Assembly (NCBI GenBank): GCA_965207885.1
Contig: OZ242311.1
Span: 3,104,001 to 3,168,000, forward strand
DNA length: 64,000 nucleotides
Source of the DNA: Candidatus Latescibacterota bacterium
GTDB lineage: Bacteria; Latescibacterota; UBA2968
Direction of reading: 5' to 3'
The translations under genes were made by a program, and so were the position numbers. The notes below the pieces were generated by a model. That model had not been told where the DNA came from. It was given only the letters and a program-made list of their open reading frames with translations, and did no database searches. This document shows positions 38,043-46,725 of the stretch, piece after piece (positions within the stretch are counted from its first letter, which is position 1; each line of letters opens with the position of its first letter).

Positions 38043-39573
38043 ACGTTATGACTCCCCCACTTTCATCTGAAAGATGGACAAAATTTCTGGCTGATCCACC
38101 GATAGTTAGATCACCTGCTGAGAATGCGCTCGAAGGCAGTGCCCATAAGAGAAGTGGTGTCCCATCTGTCTGAAACACGCGCACCTGCCTGCGATCCAAT
38201 ACAAAAATTTGCCCTGCGGCATTGAGCGTTAAAGCGCGCGGTTCGATCTGAGTATGCAGCACAACCTCCCACGCAATATTGTTGAGCACTTCTCCAGAAA
38301 AGCGCAAAACCCCTCGTTGAACTCGATTTGCCCAGGCGGCCCAGATAACACCATTGTGAACTGCGATATCCACGGGATCCTCTTCGAGATCGAAAGTGCC
38401 CACAGGAGAACCCGCGGCAGAATAGACGCGTAATTGCCCGCCTGTCACAATATAAATCCGCTGTTGATCGTCCTGGGCCAATCGCACATGCGAAGACGCG
38501 CTTACCCAATTGTCGGGAATACGCCACACCGTGTTATTATTTATCAGTTCGATACCCACTACTACAACGCGCCCTGACCGATCCAGACCCCCGATATAAG
38601 CGCGTTGAAAAGCCTCCTGCCCAGCAAGCGAAGGTCCAGCCAGATCCACCGATTGCGACACGAGGTCGTTCAATCGCGGAAAAGAAGTCCCGACCAGGTG
38701 GCGTGATAGCGCGTTGGGAATATCGACACTCAGGGTATGTCGCAGGCGAGAAAGCGAAATCTGATTGGGGCGAACAATCAGGGCGAGCATGTCGGCTTCG
38801 CCATCGGAATCTGCTGCTGCAAGCCTCATCCGCTCATTCGTTCCGCTTAGAGCCTCTACGATGTGTCGCCCCACTTCGCGGTAAAATTGCACACTCACAC
38901 TGCGACTTGTGAGCCGCACATCCGTCGAAAGGGGAGACCTTGAGACACGCATAGACCTTATGGCATAAGCATAAGAGCGGGTGTCGGAAATCGACCGATC
39001 CCAAAAGGAGGTCTGTGCACGGCTTTGTATGACGGCAAGAATTTTTTTATCACCACCTTCTGGTGTCCTCAGAATTTCATAACTTCTCGCCGTGTTTCCC
39101 TCATCATGCCAGACGAGCTGCACAGCAAGAGCAACGGGGTCGCGCCGAATTTCGCGTAAACCAGCACCGGGGATAGGGACTTCAACAGCAGAAGTACTCA
39201 CCAGGCCACCCTCACTGTGTTCGGCAACCACGCGGTATTGCAGGCGCTCGCCAGCAATCAGTTTTTCGTCTCGAAACGCACCCACAGTCGCGTATTTACC
39301 ATTGGCATCGGCACCGGAAGAAAGCTCAATATTTCTAAAACCGGAAATATCTCGACGCTGGAGGACAAAGTTCTCAACGCGCTTCTGCCCGAGATACTCC
39401 CACTGCACAGTGACCACTCCCCAGGTGTTCTCCTCAACATTATAGGAGGCATCGAGAATGTGGATAAGCGGTGTATTGTATGGGTCTATGCTCAGATCTC
39501 TTTGGGGGTTATAACATCCAATCAGAAGGCCCATAGCACACATAAATAGCAAATGAGAGAAGCGGTTTCCCAT
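38032..39573 (-). CDS. lipoprotein with FN3-like and NHL/beta-propeller-like regions
   Basis: Lipobox LIGC; W...F.LQR...D...YRV FN3-like pattern; PVDIAV, PRALTL..GQIFVLD..VRVF repeats. Confidence 0.65.
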   Translation of the reverse strand: MGNRFSHLLFMCAMGLLIGCYNPQRDLSIDPYNTPLIHILDASYNVEENTWGVVTVQWEYLGQKRVENFVLQRRDISGFRNIELSSGADANGKYATVGAFRDEKLIAGERLQYRVVAEHSEGGLVSTSAVEVPIPGAGLREIRRDPVALAVQLVWHDEGNTARSYEILRTPEGGDKKILAVIQSRAQTSFWDRSISDTRSYAYAIRSMRVSRSPLSTDVRLTSRSVSVQFYREVGRHIVEALSGTNERMRLAAADSDGEADMLALIVRPNQISLSRLRHTLSVDIPNALSRHLVGTSFPRLNDLVSQSVDLAGPSLAGQEAFQRAYIGGLDRSGRVVVVGIELINNNTVWRIPDNWVSASSHVRLAQDDQQRIYIVTGGQLRVYSAAGSPVGTFDLEEDPVDIAVHNGVIWAAWANRVQRGVLRFSGEVLNNIAWEVVLHTQIEPRALTLNAAGQIFVLDRRQVRVFQTDGTPLLLWALPSSAFSAGDLTIGGSARNFVHLSDESGGVITYVP

Positions 39574-39678
39574 TTTTGTACCACGAGAAAGGTGATAATT
39601 GATTAACAGGCTTCAATATATTGATATGAACCATGGATAAACAAGTAGTTTTGTCGAACAAGGGCTTGCAAAAATACC

Positions 39679-39707
39679 TTGCCTTTCTATTACAGCGGTG
39701 TTAAAAT
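39679..39707 (+). promoter_or_regulatory. sigma70 promoter upstream of tonB
   Basis: TTGCCT-N17-TAAAAT with extended -10 TG. Confidence 0.55.
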
Positions 39708-39801
39708 TTATAAAGCAGGTAAGTAAAAGCCGTCAGCCGTCAGCAAAACAAGCCGAAAGCTCAATCACATAAGCCCGCAATTCTTTCTGCCGAGATGAAC
39801 C

Positions 39802-40488
39802 ATGAATAAAAAATCAGATCCGTGGATTACGCCTGAAATCCCGCGTATTAAAAATCCAGCCTGTGATCTTAAACGCACGTACAAGCACGTATTTCGCATC
39901 AGCATGGTGATTGCATTTATCTTGCATGTGGGCATAGGGCTTATGTTTCCCACATTCACATCTGGCACGCGCAAAATAGAGCGACGCACCATCATCATCG
40001 AGACCGTCGATATACCGGAAACCCGTCAAATTCACCGCGCGCCGCCACCGCCACGGCCGTCTATTCCCATTGCAACCGAAAGCGAGGATGTGCCCGACGA
40101 CGTCACGATTGAAACTACCGACCTCGATTTCGATAAGGTCGATCTCCATGTGCCCCCACCCCCTAGTGAGACTACTGTAATAGAAGAACCAGAAGAAGAG
40201 ATACTCGAATATTTTATGGTCGAAGAAAAACCCGTGCTCATCCATCGCGTAGCACCAGTATATCCCCCGGTCGCTCTCAAGGCGGGTATTGAAGGCACCG
40301 TTCACTTGAAAATACTGGTTGACAAAGCCGGAGTAGTCGAACAGGCCCTTGCTGTCAAAGGCAAAGAAATTTTTTACAAAGCGGCCCTTCAGTCCGTTAA
40401 TCAATACCGTTTTAAGCCAGCCCGTCAAAATGATAGACCTGTTAAAGTCTATCTCGTCATACCCATACGTTTCCGAATTACTCGATAA
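39802..40488 (+). CDS. tonB: energy transducer TonB
   Basis: N-terminal TM with conserved His, Pro-rich linker, C-terminal PVYP..A..AGIEGTV...FKPARQ..PV domain. Confidence 0.9.
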   Translation: MNKKSDPWITPEIPRIKNPACDLKRTYKHVFRISMVIAFILHVGIGLMFPTFTSGTRKIERRTIIIETVDIPETRQIHRAPPPPRPSIPIATESEDVPDDVTIETTDLDFDKVDLHVPPPPSETTVIEEPEEEILEYFMVEEKPVLIHRVAPVYPPVALKAGIEGTVHLKILVDKAGVVEQALAVKGKEIFYKAALQSVNQYRFKPARQNDRPVKVYLVIPIRFRITR

Positions 40489-40503
40489 TTTACGAACGCA
40501 AAC

Positions 40504-40537
40504 ACCAACCCCCCGACAAGTTTATCGGGGGGTTGGT
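40504..40537. terminator. intrinsic terminator between convergent tonB and parA-like genes
   Basis: ACCAACCCCCCGA-caagttta-TCGGGGGGTTGGT followed by TATTTTT. Confidence 0.8.
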
Positions 40538-40566
40538 TATTTTTAGACATTGCTGTTGCACACCAC

Positions 40567-41307
40567 TCATCTAAGCATTTGCAATTCTGCCCACAGTTCT
40601 CGATACGCCTGAGTTGCCTTTGAATGCGGCTTGAAGCATGCCACGGGTTGTCTCGCCCATCCCATCTGTTCTACATCTGTCGTGTAAGGAATTTGCGCGT
40701 TCAAAAATTTTCCCTCGCGCTCGCCCACCTGTGCGATCATTTCCCTGTGCATTGTCTTGCGCTGTTCAACCATTGAAAAAAACGACACCATTTTTTTGCG
40801 CTTTAATTTATTTTTTTTAAAGAACTCTACCAGTTTTTGATGCGTCAACATCGACAGAGTTGTCGGAATACACGGAACAACCACATAATCGGCTGCCCTG
40901 AAAACATGCTCGGCAAGGAGCGTCAGATTGGGCGGGCAATCGAAAAAAATATAATCGTAATCTTTCCGCATCGGCGTCAACAGACGCTTCAAATAGCTTT
41001 TGTTTTTTGCCCGCTCGTCCAACCCCAAATCCATATTGCGAAAAGACATGGCCGAAGGCAATAAGTCCAGACCTTCAAAGTCCGTCCCTCGAATATTATT
41101 GTCTAAGTGCTTACCGCCCTTCAAGAAACGCTTGCGCCCAAACTTTTTTTTGGCTCGAATGCGAAAATTAAAAGCCGCAGCCCCTTGAGGGTCTAAATCG
41201 CACAGCAACGCAGTCGCACCAGAACGGACCGCTTCATAAGCCAGATTCACAGCGGCGGCGGTCTTCCCTACGCCACCTTTCATGCTGTATAACGCAAAGA
41301 TACTCAC
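40567..41307 (-). CDS. ParA/Soj-family ATPase (orphan)
   Basis: KGGVGKT, DLDPQG and DCPP motifs; no parB nearby. Confidence 0.92.
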   Translation of the reverse strand: MSIFALYSMKGGVGKTAAAVNLAYEAVRSGATALLCDLDPQGAAAFNFRIRAKKKFGRKRFLKGGKHLDNNIRGTDFEGLDLLPSAMSFRNMDLGLDERAKNKSYLKRLLTPMRKDYDYIFFDCPPNLTLLAEHVFRAADYVVVPCIPTTLSMLTHQKLVEFFKKNKLKRKKMVSFFSMVEQRKTMHREMIAQVGEREGKFLNAQIPYTTDVEQMGWARQPVACFKPHSKATQAYRELWAELQMLR

Positions 41308-41329
41308 ACCCGCTCCTCAATGAGATTCA

Positions 41330-42859
41330 CTATCCAAATAAATCGCGGTACAAACGAACATTTTTCTTTTTTGCATAAACGGCAAACGCACTGGCAAATT
41401 CGCGCCGAACAGCTTGCTGCTGGTCGTGCAAACGCGCAATAAGCCCGCCAATAGCCGCGGCACAAAGCAGGCGGTCCGCACGCCGGCTGCGGGGCAATAC
41501 TTCGTTTAAATAGGTCGTCAATTCCCACTGTTGTACCGATAAATCGTTAAAATCTCCCAGATTATCCTGCAATTTCTTCATAGACCCGATGAGTTTATCC
41601 ATCTTATCTTTAGGAAAAAAAGAGGCAAAAAATTCTAACAAATATCGCAATTTCTTGCAGTCGATTCGCAAATCGTGCAATGCCTCGTCGGGCGTATGGT
41701 CTCCTATCGCCTTGCCCCTTTTTAGCACCAGCTTAAAACGCTTAAAAATAAATTTTCGCGCAAGGGCTATAGCCAGCACAGCGGAATCCCTCCCCCTCTG
41801 AGACTGTGCCCCCTGCAAAAAAGCCGCCCATGAATCCATCAGGTCCAGATATTCAGGTGCATCGAGAACCTGTACCATATCGTTAAGGGCGCGCCGTCGC
41901 TCACTTTTTAAGCGCGAAAACACGGCATCCAGCCCGGGTTGTAGTGACCGGGGCAACATCGCGCGATAAGTCTCTTCATCGAGCAAATACACATCCAGAT
42001 CGCGCAACCGATTGGTCGATCTGCCCAATTGCCGAAACTCATCCTTAAAATGTGCTACAGCACCTTCGGGCAAAACGCCTTTGATTTGACTCAGCGCCGA
42101 CCGCGTGCGCCGAATCGCAACCCGAAAATCGTGCAGAAATTCCGTATCCCAATCCGCGCGAATGCCCGTTTCATTTTGGCGCATCACATCGTTCAGACAT
42201 CTCAAAATCTCACATGTTGCTTCACGCCCACTCGCCTCGTGATTCAGGTCGAGATTCAGCTTTGAAGAATAATCGCCCGGCACGCATCCAGCGAGATCCA
42301 TCACGCGTTCAAATACATCTTCTGCCACATGTGCAACATCCAATTTCATAAAACGGCGGCGCAAATTCTCAAAATCGCGCTCATATCCCCGCACGCTTCG
42401 GCAAGTTAAAGTCGCAACGTGTCCATTTTCTGTGCTGGTATGTGTGAGGAACAACCGAACAACTGTCTTTTCATCTGTATTCAAAACGCCAAATCCGCAA
42501 ACCTTCTGCCTCACCTGTGCTTGAAGTAACAGCGCTCGAACTGAGAGCGCGCCCCGTAGTGTGTCGCGTAACTCGCCCTCTGGAAACATCCACCAGAAGC
42601 GGCCTTCCAGATGTTGTTTCATCTCAATCTGATCGCGCACCAAAGGATATTCACCACCTGAAATACGCTGTAAATACACCGCATTTCCCGCTTGTATCAG
42701 CGCGAGCCCCTTTTGATACAAGCGCCAGTCAAACGTGTCGAAATACCGCACCGTCTTCTCAACCTCAGATACAGATACCAGACGCTCGGGCACGAGTTGT
42801 TCGACCACATTCCATCCATGTGGTTCACGCAAAACATAAGTTTCACTGCGGGTGATCAT
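41330..42859 (-). CDS. CHAD domain protein with N-terminal CYTH-like region (start approximate)
   Basis: YFDTFDWRL; LHDFRVAIRRTRS, RDLDV, LHDLRIDCKKLRYLLE and QDNLGDFND motifs. Confidence 0.92.
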   Translation of the reverse strand: MITRSETYVLREPHGWNVVEQLVPERLVSVSEVEKTVRYFDTFDWRLYQKGLALIQAGNAVYLQRISGGEYPLVRDQIEMKQHLEGRFWWMFPEGELRDTLRGALSVRALLLQAQVRQKVCGFGVLNTDEKTVVRLFLTHTSTENGHVATLTCRSVRGYERDFENLRRRFMKLDVAHVAEDVFERVMDLAGCVPGDYSSKLNLDLNHEASGREATCEILRCLNDVMRQNETGIRADWDTEFLHDFRVAIRRTRSALSQIKGVLPEGAVAHFKDEFRQLGRSTNRLRDLDVYLLDEETYRAMLPRSLQPGLDAVFSRLKSERRRALNDMVQVLDAPEYLDLMDSWAAFLQGAQSQRGRDSAVLAIALARKFIFKRFKLVLKRGKAIGDHTPDEALHDLRIDCKKLRYLLEFFASFFPKDKMDKLIGSMKKLQDNLGDFNDLSVQQWELTTYLNEVLPRSRRADRLLCAAAIGGLIARLHDQQQAVRREFASAFAVYAKKKNVRLYRDLFG

Positions 42860-43319
42860 CGGGCGTACCCTCATGTGCGAGGATTGCATTTTTGTAACGG
42901 TCATCATCGGTCACCTCTCGCCCAAACCAGAACGGCGGGACAAAGCGCGAACTATCATCTACGGTCTCAAACTCGACTTCGGCCACTACCAGGCCCTCCA
43001 GGCGACCGCGGTACACATCCAGTTCTATTGTCCACGTCCCTTCGACTATCTCATAACGCACTTTTTCGACTCGCCTGTCCGCAGTTAAAGGCCAGAGGCT
43101 ATCAAATTGCGCTCGGGTCAATTCCACCTCGACTTCCGTCCGTTGCACACCCTTGCCCTGTTTCACGGTCTGATAAAAATGCTCGCCTTTGCGACGCAGA
43201 CGAATCTCCACGCCATTCTCGCTTACCGAGAGATAGCCCTGTGAGATTTCTACTCCTGTACAAGCCGTTAGATCCGGCATTTTTCGCACACAAAACTTCC
43301 GCTCAATTTCTATGGCCAT
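42843..43319 (-). CDS. CYTH domain protein (triphosphate tunnel metalloenzyme)
   Basis: EIERKF (ExExK), QGYL, RLR, EKVRY and AEVEF motifs; start set at ATG 43319. Confidence 0.93.
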   Translation of the reverse strand: MAIEIERKFCVRKMPDLTACTGVEISQGYLSVSENGVEIRLRRKGEHFYQTVKQGKGVQRTEVEVELTRAQFDSLWPLTADRRVEKVRYEIVEGTWTIELDVYRGRLEGLVVAEVEFETVDDSSRFVPPFWFGREVTDDDRYKNAILAHEGTPDDHPQ

Positions 43320-43502
43320 AACAAAACGCGAGTTCCCAGATGTGAAAAGCAGGAGGGGATGCTTTATACCCGGTAATTGGCGAATAGTAATGATAACACA
43401 CCTCATCGCCGAAAGCAATTTTTAAGATGATGCATCGCACCGTTTTTGGTGTATATTGAAATATAACAATCTTGTACTACGACACCAAAAGGGGATCGCA
43501 CT

Positions 43503-44270
43503 ATGTCACTCGATGGAAAAAAGGCTCTCGTCACTGGTGGACGCCGCAATATCGGTCGCGGAATTGCCCTTGCTCTGGCTCAGGCGGGCTGTGATGTGGG
43601 CATCAACGACCTGGAACGAGATGCCGATGCCGACAGGACCCTGGAACTGATCCGGGATCAGGGGCGAGAAGCCGACTTCTTTCAGGCTGATATATCCGAC
43701 CGGGCACAGGTAGAAGCAATGTTCACCGCCTTCATCGCCCGTTTTAATCGCCTCGATATCCTGGTTAACAACCCCTATGCCGGAAACGGGGCTACCTTCC
43801 TCGAAATCACCGAAGAAAACTGGGATCTGACCCTGGACGTGTGTCTCAAAGGCTTTTTTCTTTGCAGTCAACAGGCCGCCCGCATCATGGTAAAACAGGG
43901 CGAGGGAGGCTGCATTGTCAGTACTTCTTCGGTCCATGCCTACCGTGCCTGGCCCGAAGATACGGCCTACGGAGTGGCCAAAGCGGGTGTGCTACGTCTC
44001 ACCGAGAGCATGGCTGTGGACTTAGGTCCCCACAATATCCGCTGCAACGCCGTAATGCCGGGATATATGGACCTGACCCATGTTTTTGGCACTCAGGCTC
44101 CGTCTGTAGGTAGCGCGTCCGACAACCTCAAAGCCAATATACCCTTGCAGCGCCGCGGCACCCCCGAAGACATCGGACGAGCCGTTGCCTTTCTCTGCTC
44201 GCCAGCAGCCGGTAATATTACCGGTGCCTCCCTACCAGTGGATGGCGGTCTCTTGACCACGGGCGTCTAA
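43503..44270 (+). CDS. short-chain dehydrogenase/reductase
   Basis: TGGRRNIG, LVNN, catalytic S...YGVAK and DGG motifs. Confidence 0.95.
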   Translation: MSLDGKKALVTGGRRNIGRGIALALAQAGCDVGINDLERDADADRTLELIRDQGREADFFQADISDRAQVEAMFTAFIARFNRLDILVNNPYAGNGATFLEITEENWDLTLDVCLKGFFLCSQQAARIMVKQGEGGCIVSTSSVHAYRAWPEDTAYGVAKAGVLRLTESMAVDLGPHNIRCNAVMPGYMDLTHVFGTQAPSVGSASDNLKANIPLQRRGTPEDIGRAVAFLCSPAAGNITGASLPVDGGLLTTGV

Positions 44271-44297
44271 AGGGCTCTTTAAAACGGAGGTAGTCCT

Positions 44298-44696
44298 GTG
44301 AATAGACGGTGTTTCTATTTTTTGCTGTTGGGGGGATCGATCAGTGTGACAGATGCTAATTTTTCGCTTATTGAAGACAACGTCTTTTTCAGCACAAGCT
44401 ATTATACCGACATTGGTTTTTCACCGACAGAGCAGTGGCGTTTTGAGGTGGAGGCCAATGTGGCGAATTTTAATTCTAAAAGTTTTGATGAAGCCGTGAG
44501 TATTCCCTTGATTCATGCAGGCATAAGTTATTACCTGGATGGGGGCAGAGCTTCGTTTCGTTTGCAAGGTTTTGATTTGTTGAACAGGAACACGAGCTTT
44601 CAACGGATCAGCGAAACGAACTATTTGCTACAACGCGAGAGAAACACGATTGGCCGGTACGTAATGTTTACGTTTAATCGCTATTTGAGAAGGTAG
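44298..44696 (+). pseudogene. fragment of an outer-membrane beta-barrel (TonB-dependent-receptor-like) gene
   Basis: Only the last beta-strands are present (DLLNRN...RYVMFTF), joined to a short hydrophobic start; 132 aa. Confidence 0.55.
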
Positions 44697-44730
44697 GGAA
44701 AGAAAACGCAAGCATCTATTGCGTTCTCTC

Positions 44731-45390
44731 TTAACCGTTTTTGCCGTATTGGTTTTCCACGCCTCTGTTGTGAAACGCGTACCAATCGTCATCGGTCAGA
44801 TATTTTGGTTCGCCAAGCTGACGGGAAAGCACGTATTGTCGGCACATGATTTCCAGACGATGGGCCTGGTTGACAGCGCGTTTTAAGGTTGGTCCGTGGC
44901 AGACCATGCCGTGGTTTCCGAGGAGACACGCGGTGCGGTCATAGAGCGCTTCGGATGCGTCTTCGGCAAGCGATTGGCTGCCAAATGTGGAATAAGGGAC
45001 ACAGGGCACATCGTTACCGCCAAACACACCCATAAGGTAGTGAAAGCCCGGTAGGGTCATCACATGGCACGATACCGCAACGCAGTAATCGGAGTGGGTG
45101 TGAACCACTGCTCCGGCTTCGGGGTGCTTTTTATAGATGGCACCATGCATGGGCGATTCCGAAGAGGGTTTGCGGTCGCCTTCATACTCACCGTTAAAGG
45201 TGGCTTTGACAATCGTTTCTGTGGTAATATTGTCTGCGGTTGCATGGTTGGGAGAAATGAGCATTTTGTCGCCAAATCGGACGCTCAGATTGCCAGAGGA
45301 CATTTCGTTTAAGCCAAGCTCTCCAACTTTTTTATAATAAAAAACCAATTGCTCGCGTAAGGCCATTTCATAAACGGGATCATCTTCCAT
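44731..45390 (-). CDS. class II aldolase/adducin-family protein (FucA-like)
   Basis: SGNLSVR, PSSE, HTHS and NHG Zn-site motifs; start at ATG 45390. Confidence 0.92.
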   Translation of the reverse strand: MEDDPVYEMALREQLVFYYKKVGELGLNEMSSGNLSVRFGDKMLISPNHATADNITTETIVKATFNGEYEGDRKPSSESPMHGAIYKKHPEAGAVVHTHSDYCVAVSCHVMTLPGFHYLMGVFGGNDVPCVPYSTFGSQSLAEDASEALYDRTACLLGNHGMVCHGPTLKRAVNQAHRLEIMCRQYVLSRQLGEPKYLTDDDWYAFHNRGVENQYGKNG

Positions 45391-46669
45391 ATGTATTCCT
45401 TGATTGGTTTTTGTCTGCTTCACGCATCTGCTCCAGGGCGGTATGAATAAAGTTGTCTTCACCAACACCGCCCGCTTTCAGTACCAACGACAATGGATCG
45501 CTCCCTGCACTATGACAATAACCACCGTTGAGAACGTCGAATGTCGCCACCGAAACTTGCTCTATACCTAAAGATGCCATGACGGCCCCTGATGTTTCTC
45601 CCCCCATCACAACAAATTTACGTACACCGTGCTGATAGAAATGCTGGGCAACACTGGACAGAAGCTTATCGGCAAGTGTTGCAGCGCCTTCGCGGCCGAG
45701 CTCCGCCTGGGCTCTTTTTACGCCTTCAGGATCCGTTGAGGTACCCACACCTACAGGCCCTTTTTCTAATCGGTCTTTTGCCCATTCGACAATGTGGTCA
45801 ACCATGTTGGCGTCTTGAGCTGCTTCTAAAAGGTCAATGCGAAACACCGGATGCATTTGCTCGAAATGCGCAAGTTGCCGGACTGATTTTCCCGTGCAAC
45901 TCCCAGAAATAACGGCTTCATAACCAGGTGCAGGCGGCAGTAATGTTTTCGGTTGGCTCTTTTTGTCCCTCTGCCAGTTGCGCGCAAGCATCACAGGGAG
46001 TAGATCTGCGCCAGTGCTCAATGGCAAATCCTTGGACAGTGTTGCCAATTGCTCAAGATTCGACTCGTCAATCATGTCGACAATAAAAAACTTTACGCCC
46101 AGGGCCTTCTTCTCTGAAATGTAGTTCTCGCAAGCGTCTGTTCCTGACGCCACAATTTGATATGGCAAAAGACCTACCTTGACCTGACTTTGTTTCTGTA
46201 GTACTTCAACAAGATTGGAATTGGTCATCGGTGTTACAGGATCATTGCGTCTCGGTGATTCGTGTAGCATGATCGACCCGAGAAACAACCGCCCTTGATA
46301 GATTGTTGTATTTTTCCAGATGGGACAAAAAAATACGTGGTCGGCCTGGGTCAAGTCCATCAACGTTTCTGCCACAGGCCCGATATTGCCACGTGCTGTA
46401 GATGAAAAGAGCGCACTGTATTTGTAGTATATCTGTTTCGTACCTTTGGCGAGCAGAGCTTCAGCCGTGCGTTTTGCATCGGCACGGGCATCGTCAGGGG
46501 GTTGGATCAGGAGTTTTCGTCCAACGACCACAGCTTGTGCATCGTCGTCGAGTGTATTGAGTGCATCACCAGATGTTACCAGTGGACAACGCACGCCTTC
46601 TCTTTCGAGCAAACTCGCGACCATCATCCCACCTGTGAGATCATCTGCGATCACACCAAGTTCAAGCAT
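45380..46669 (-). CDS. four-carbon acid sugar kinase (DUF1537, OtnK-like)
   Basis: IADDLTG, YYKY...ST.RGNIGP, SGSCT, GGETSG and LKAG motifs. Confidence 0.9.
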   Translation of the reverse strand: MLELGVIADDLTGGMMVASLLEREGVRCPLVTSGDALNTLDDDAQAVVVGRKLLIQPPDDARADAKRTAEALLAKGTKQIYYKYSALFSSTARGNIGPVAETLMDLTQADHVFFCPIWKNTTIYQGRLFLGSIMLHESPRRNDPVTPMTNSNLVEVLQKQSQVKVGLLPYQIVASGTDACENYISEKKALGVKFFIVDMIDESNLEQLATLSKDLPLSTGADLLPVMLARNWQRDKKSQPKTLLPPAPGYEAVISGSCTGKSVRQLAHFEQMHPVFRIDLLEAAQDANMVDHIVEWAKDRLEKGPVGVGTSTDPEGVKRAQAELGREGAATLADKLLSSVAQHFYQHGVRKFVVMGGETSGAVMASLGIEQVSVATFDVLNGGYCHSAGSDPLSLVLKAGGVGEDNFIHTALEQMREADKNQSRNTYGR

Positions 46670-46725
46670 CGCTTTGATCTCCCGAATTTGTGCTTCAGCG
46701 TGGTTTTTTGCGATCTTATATCCTG

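Noticed and set aside
39814-40428. 204-aa ORF antisense to tonB, and similar long shadow ORFs (34704-35321, 42692-43321, 48010-48627, 55655-56371)
   Set aside because: They lie opposite well-supported genes and show no recognisable motifs.
43320-43420. Fluoride or other riboswitch upstream of CYTH (GGCGATG...TCGCC plus an AAAGCA/TGCTTT hairpin)
   Set aside because: The loop length and downstream elements do not fit the fluoride riboswitch consensus; an Rfam search would be needed to revive it.
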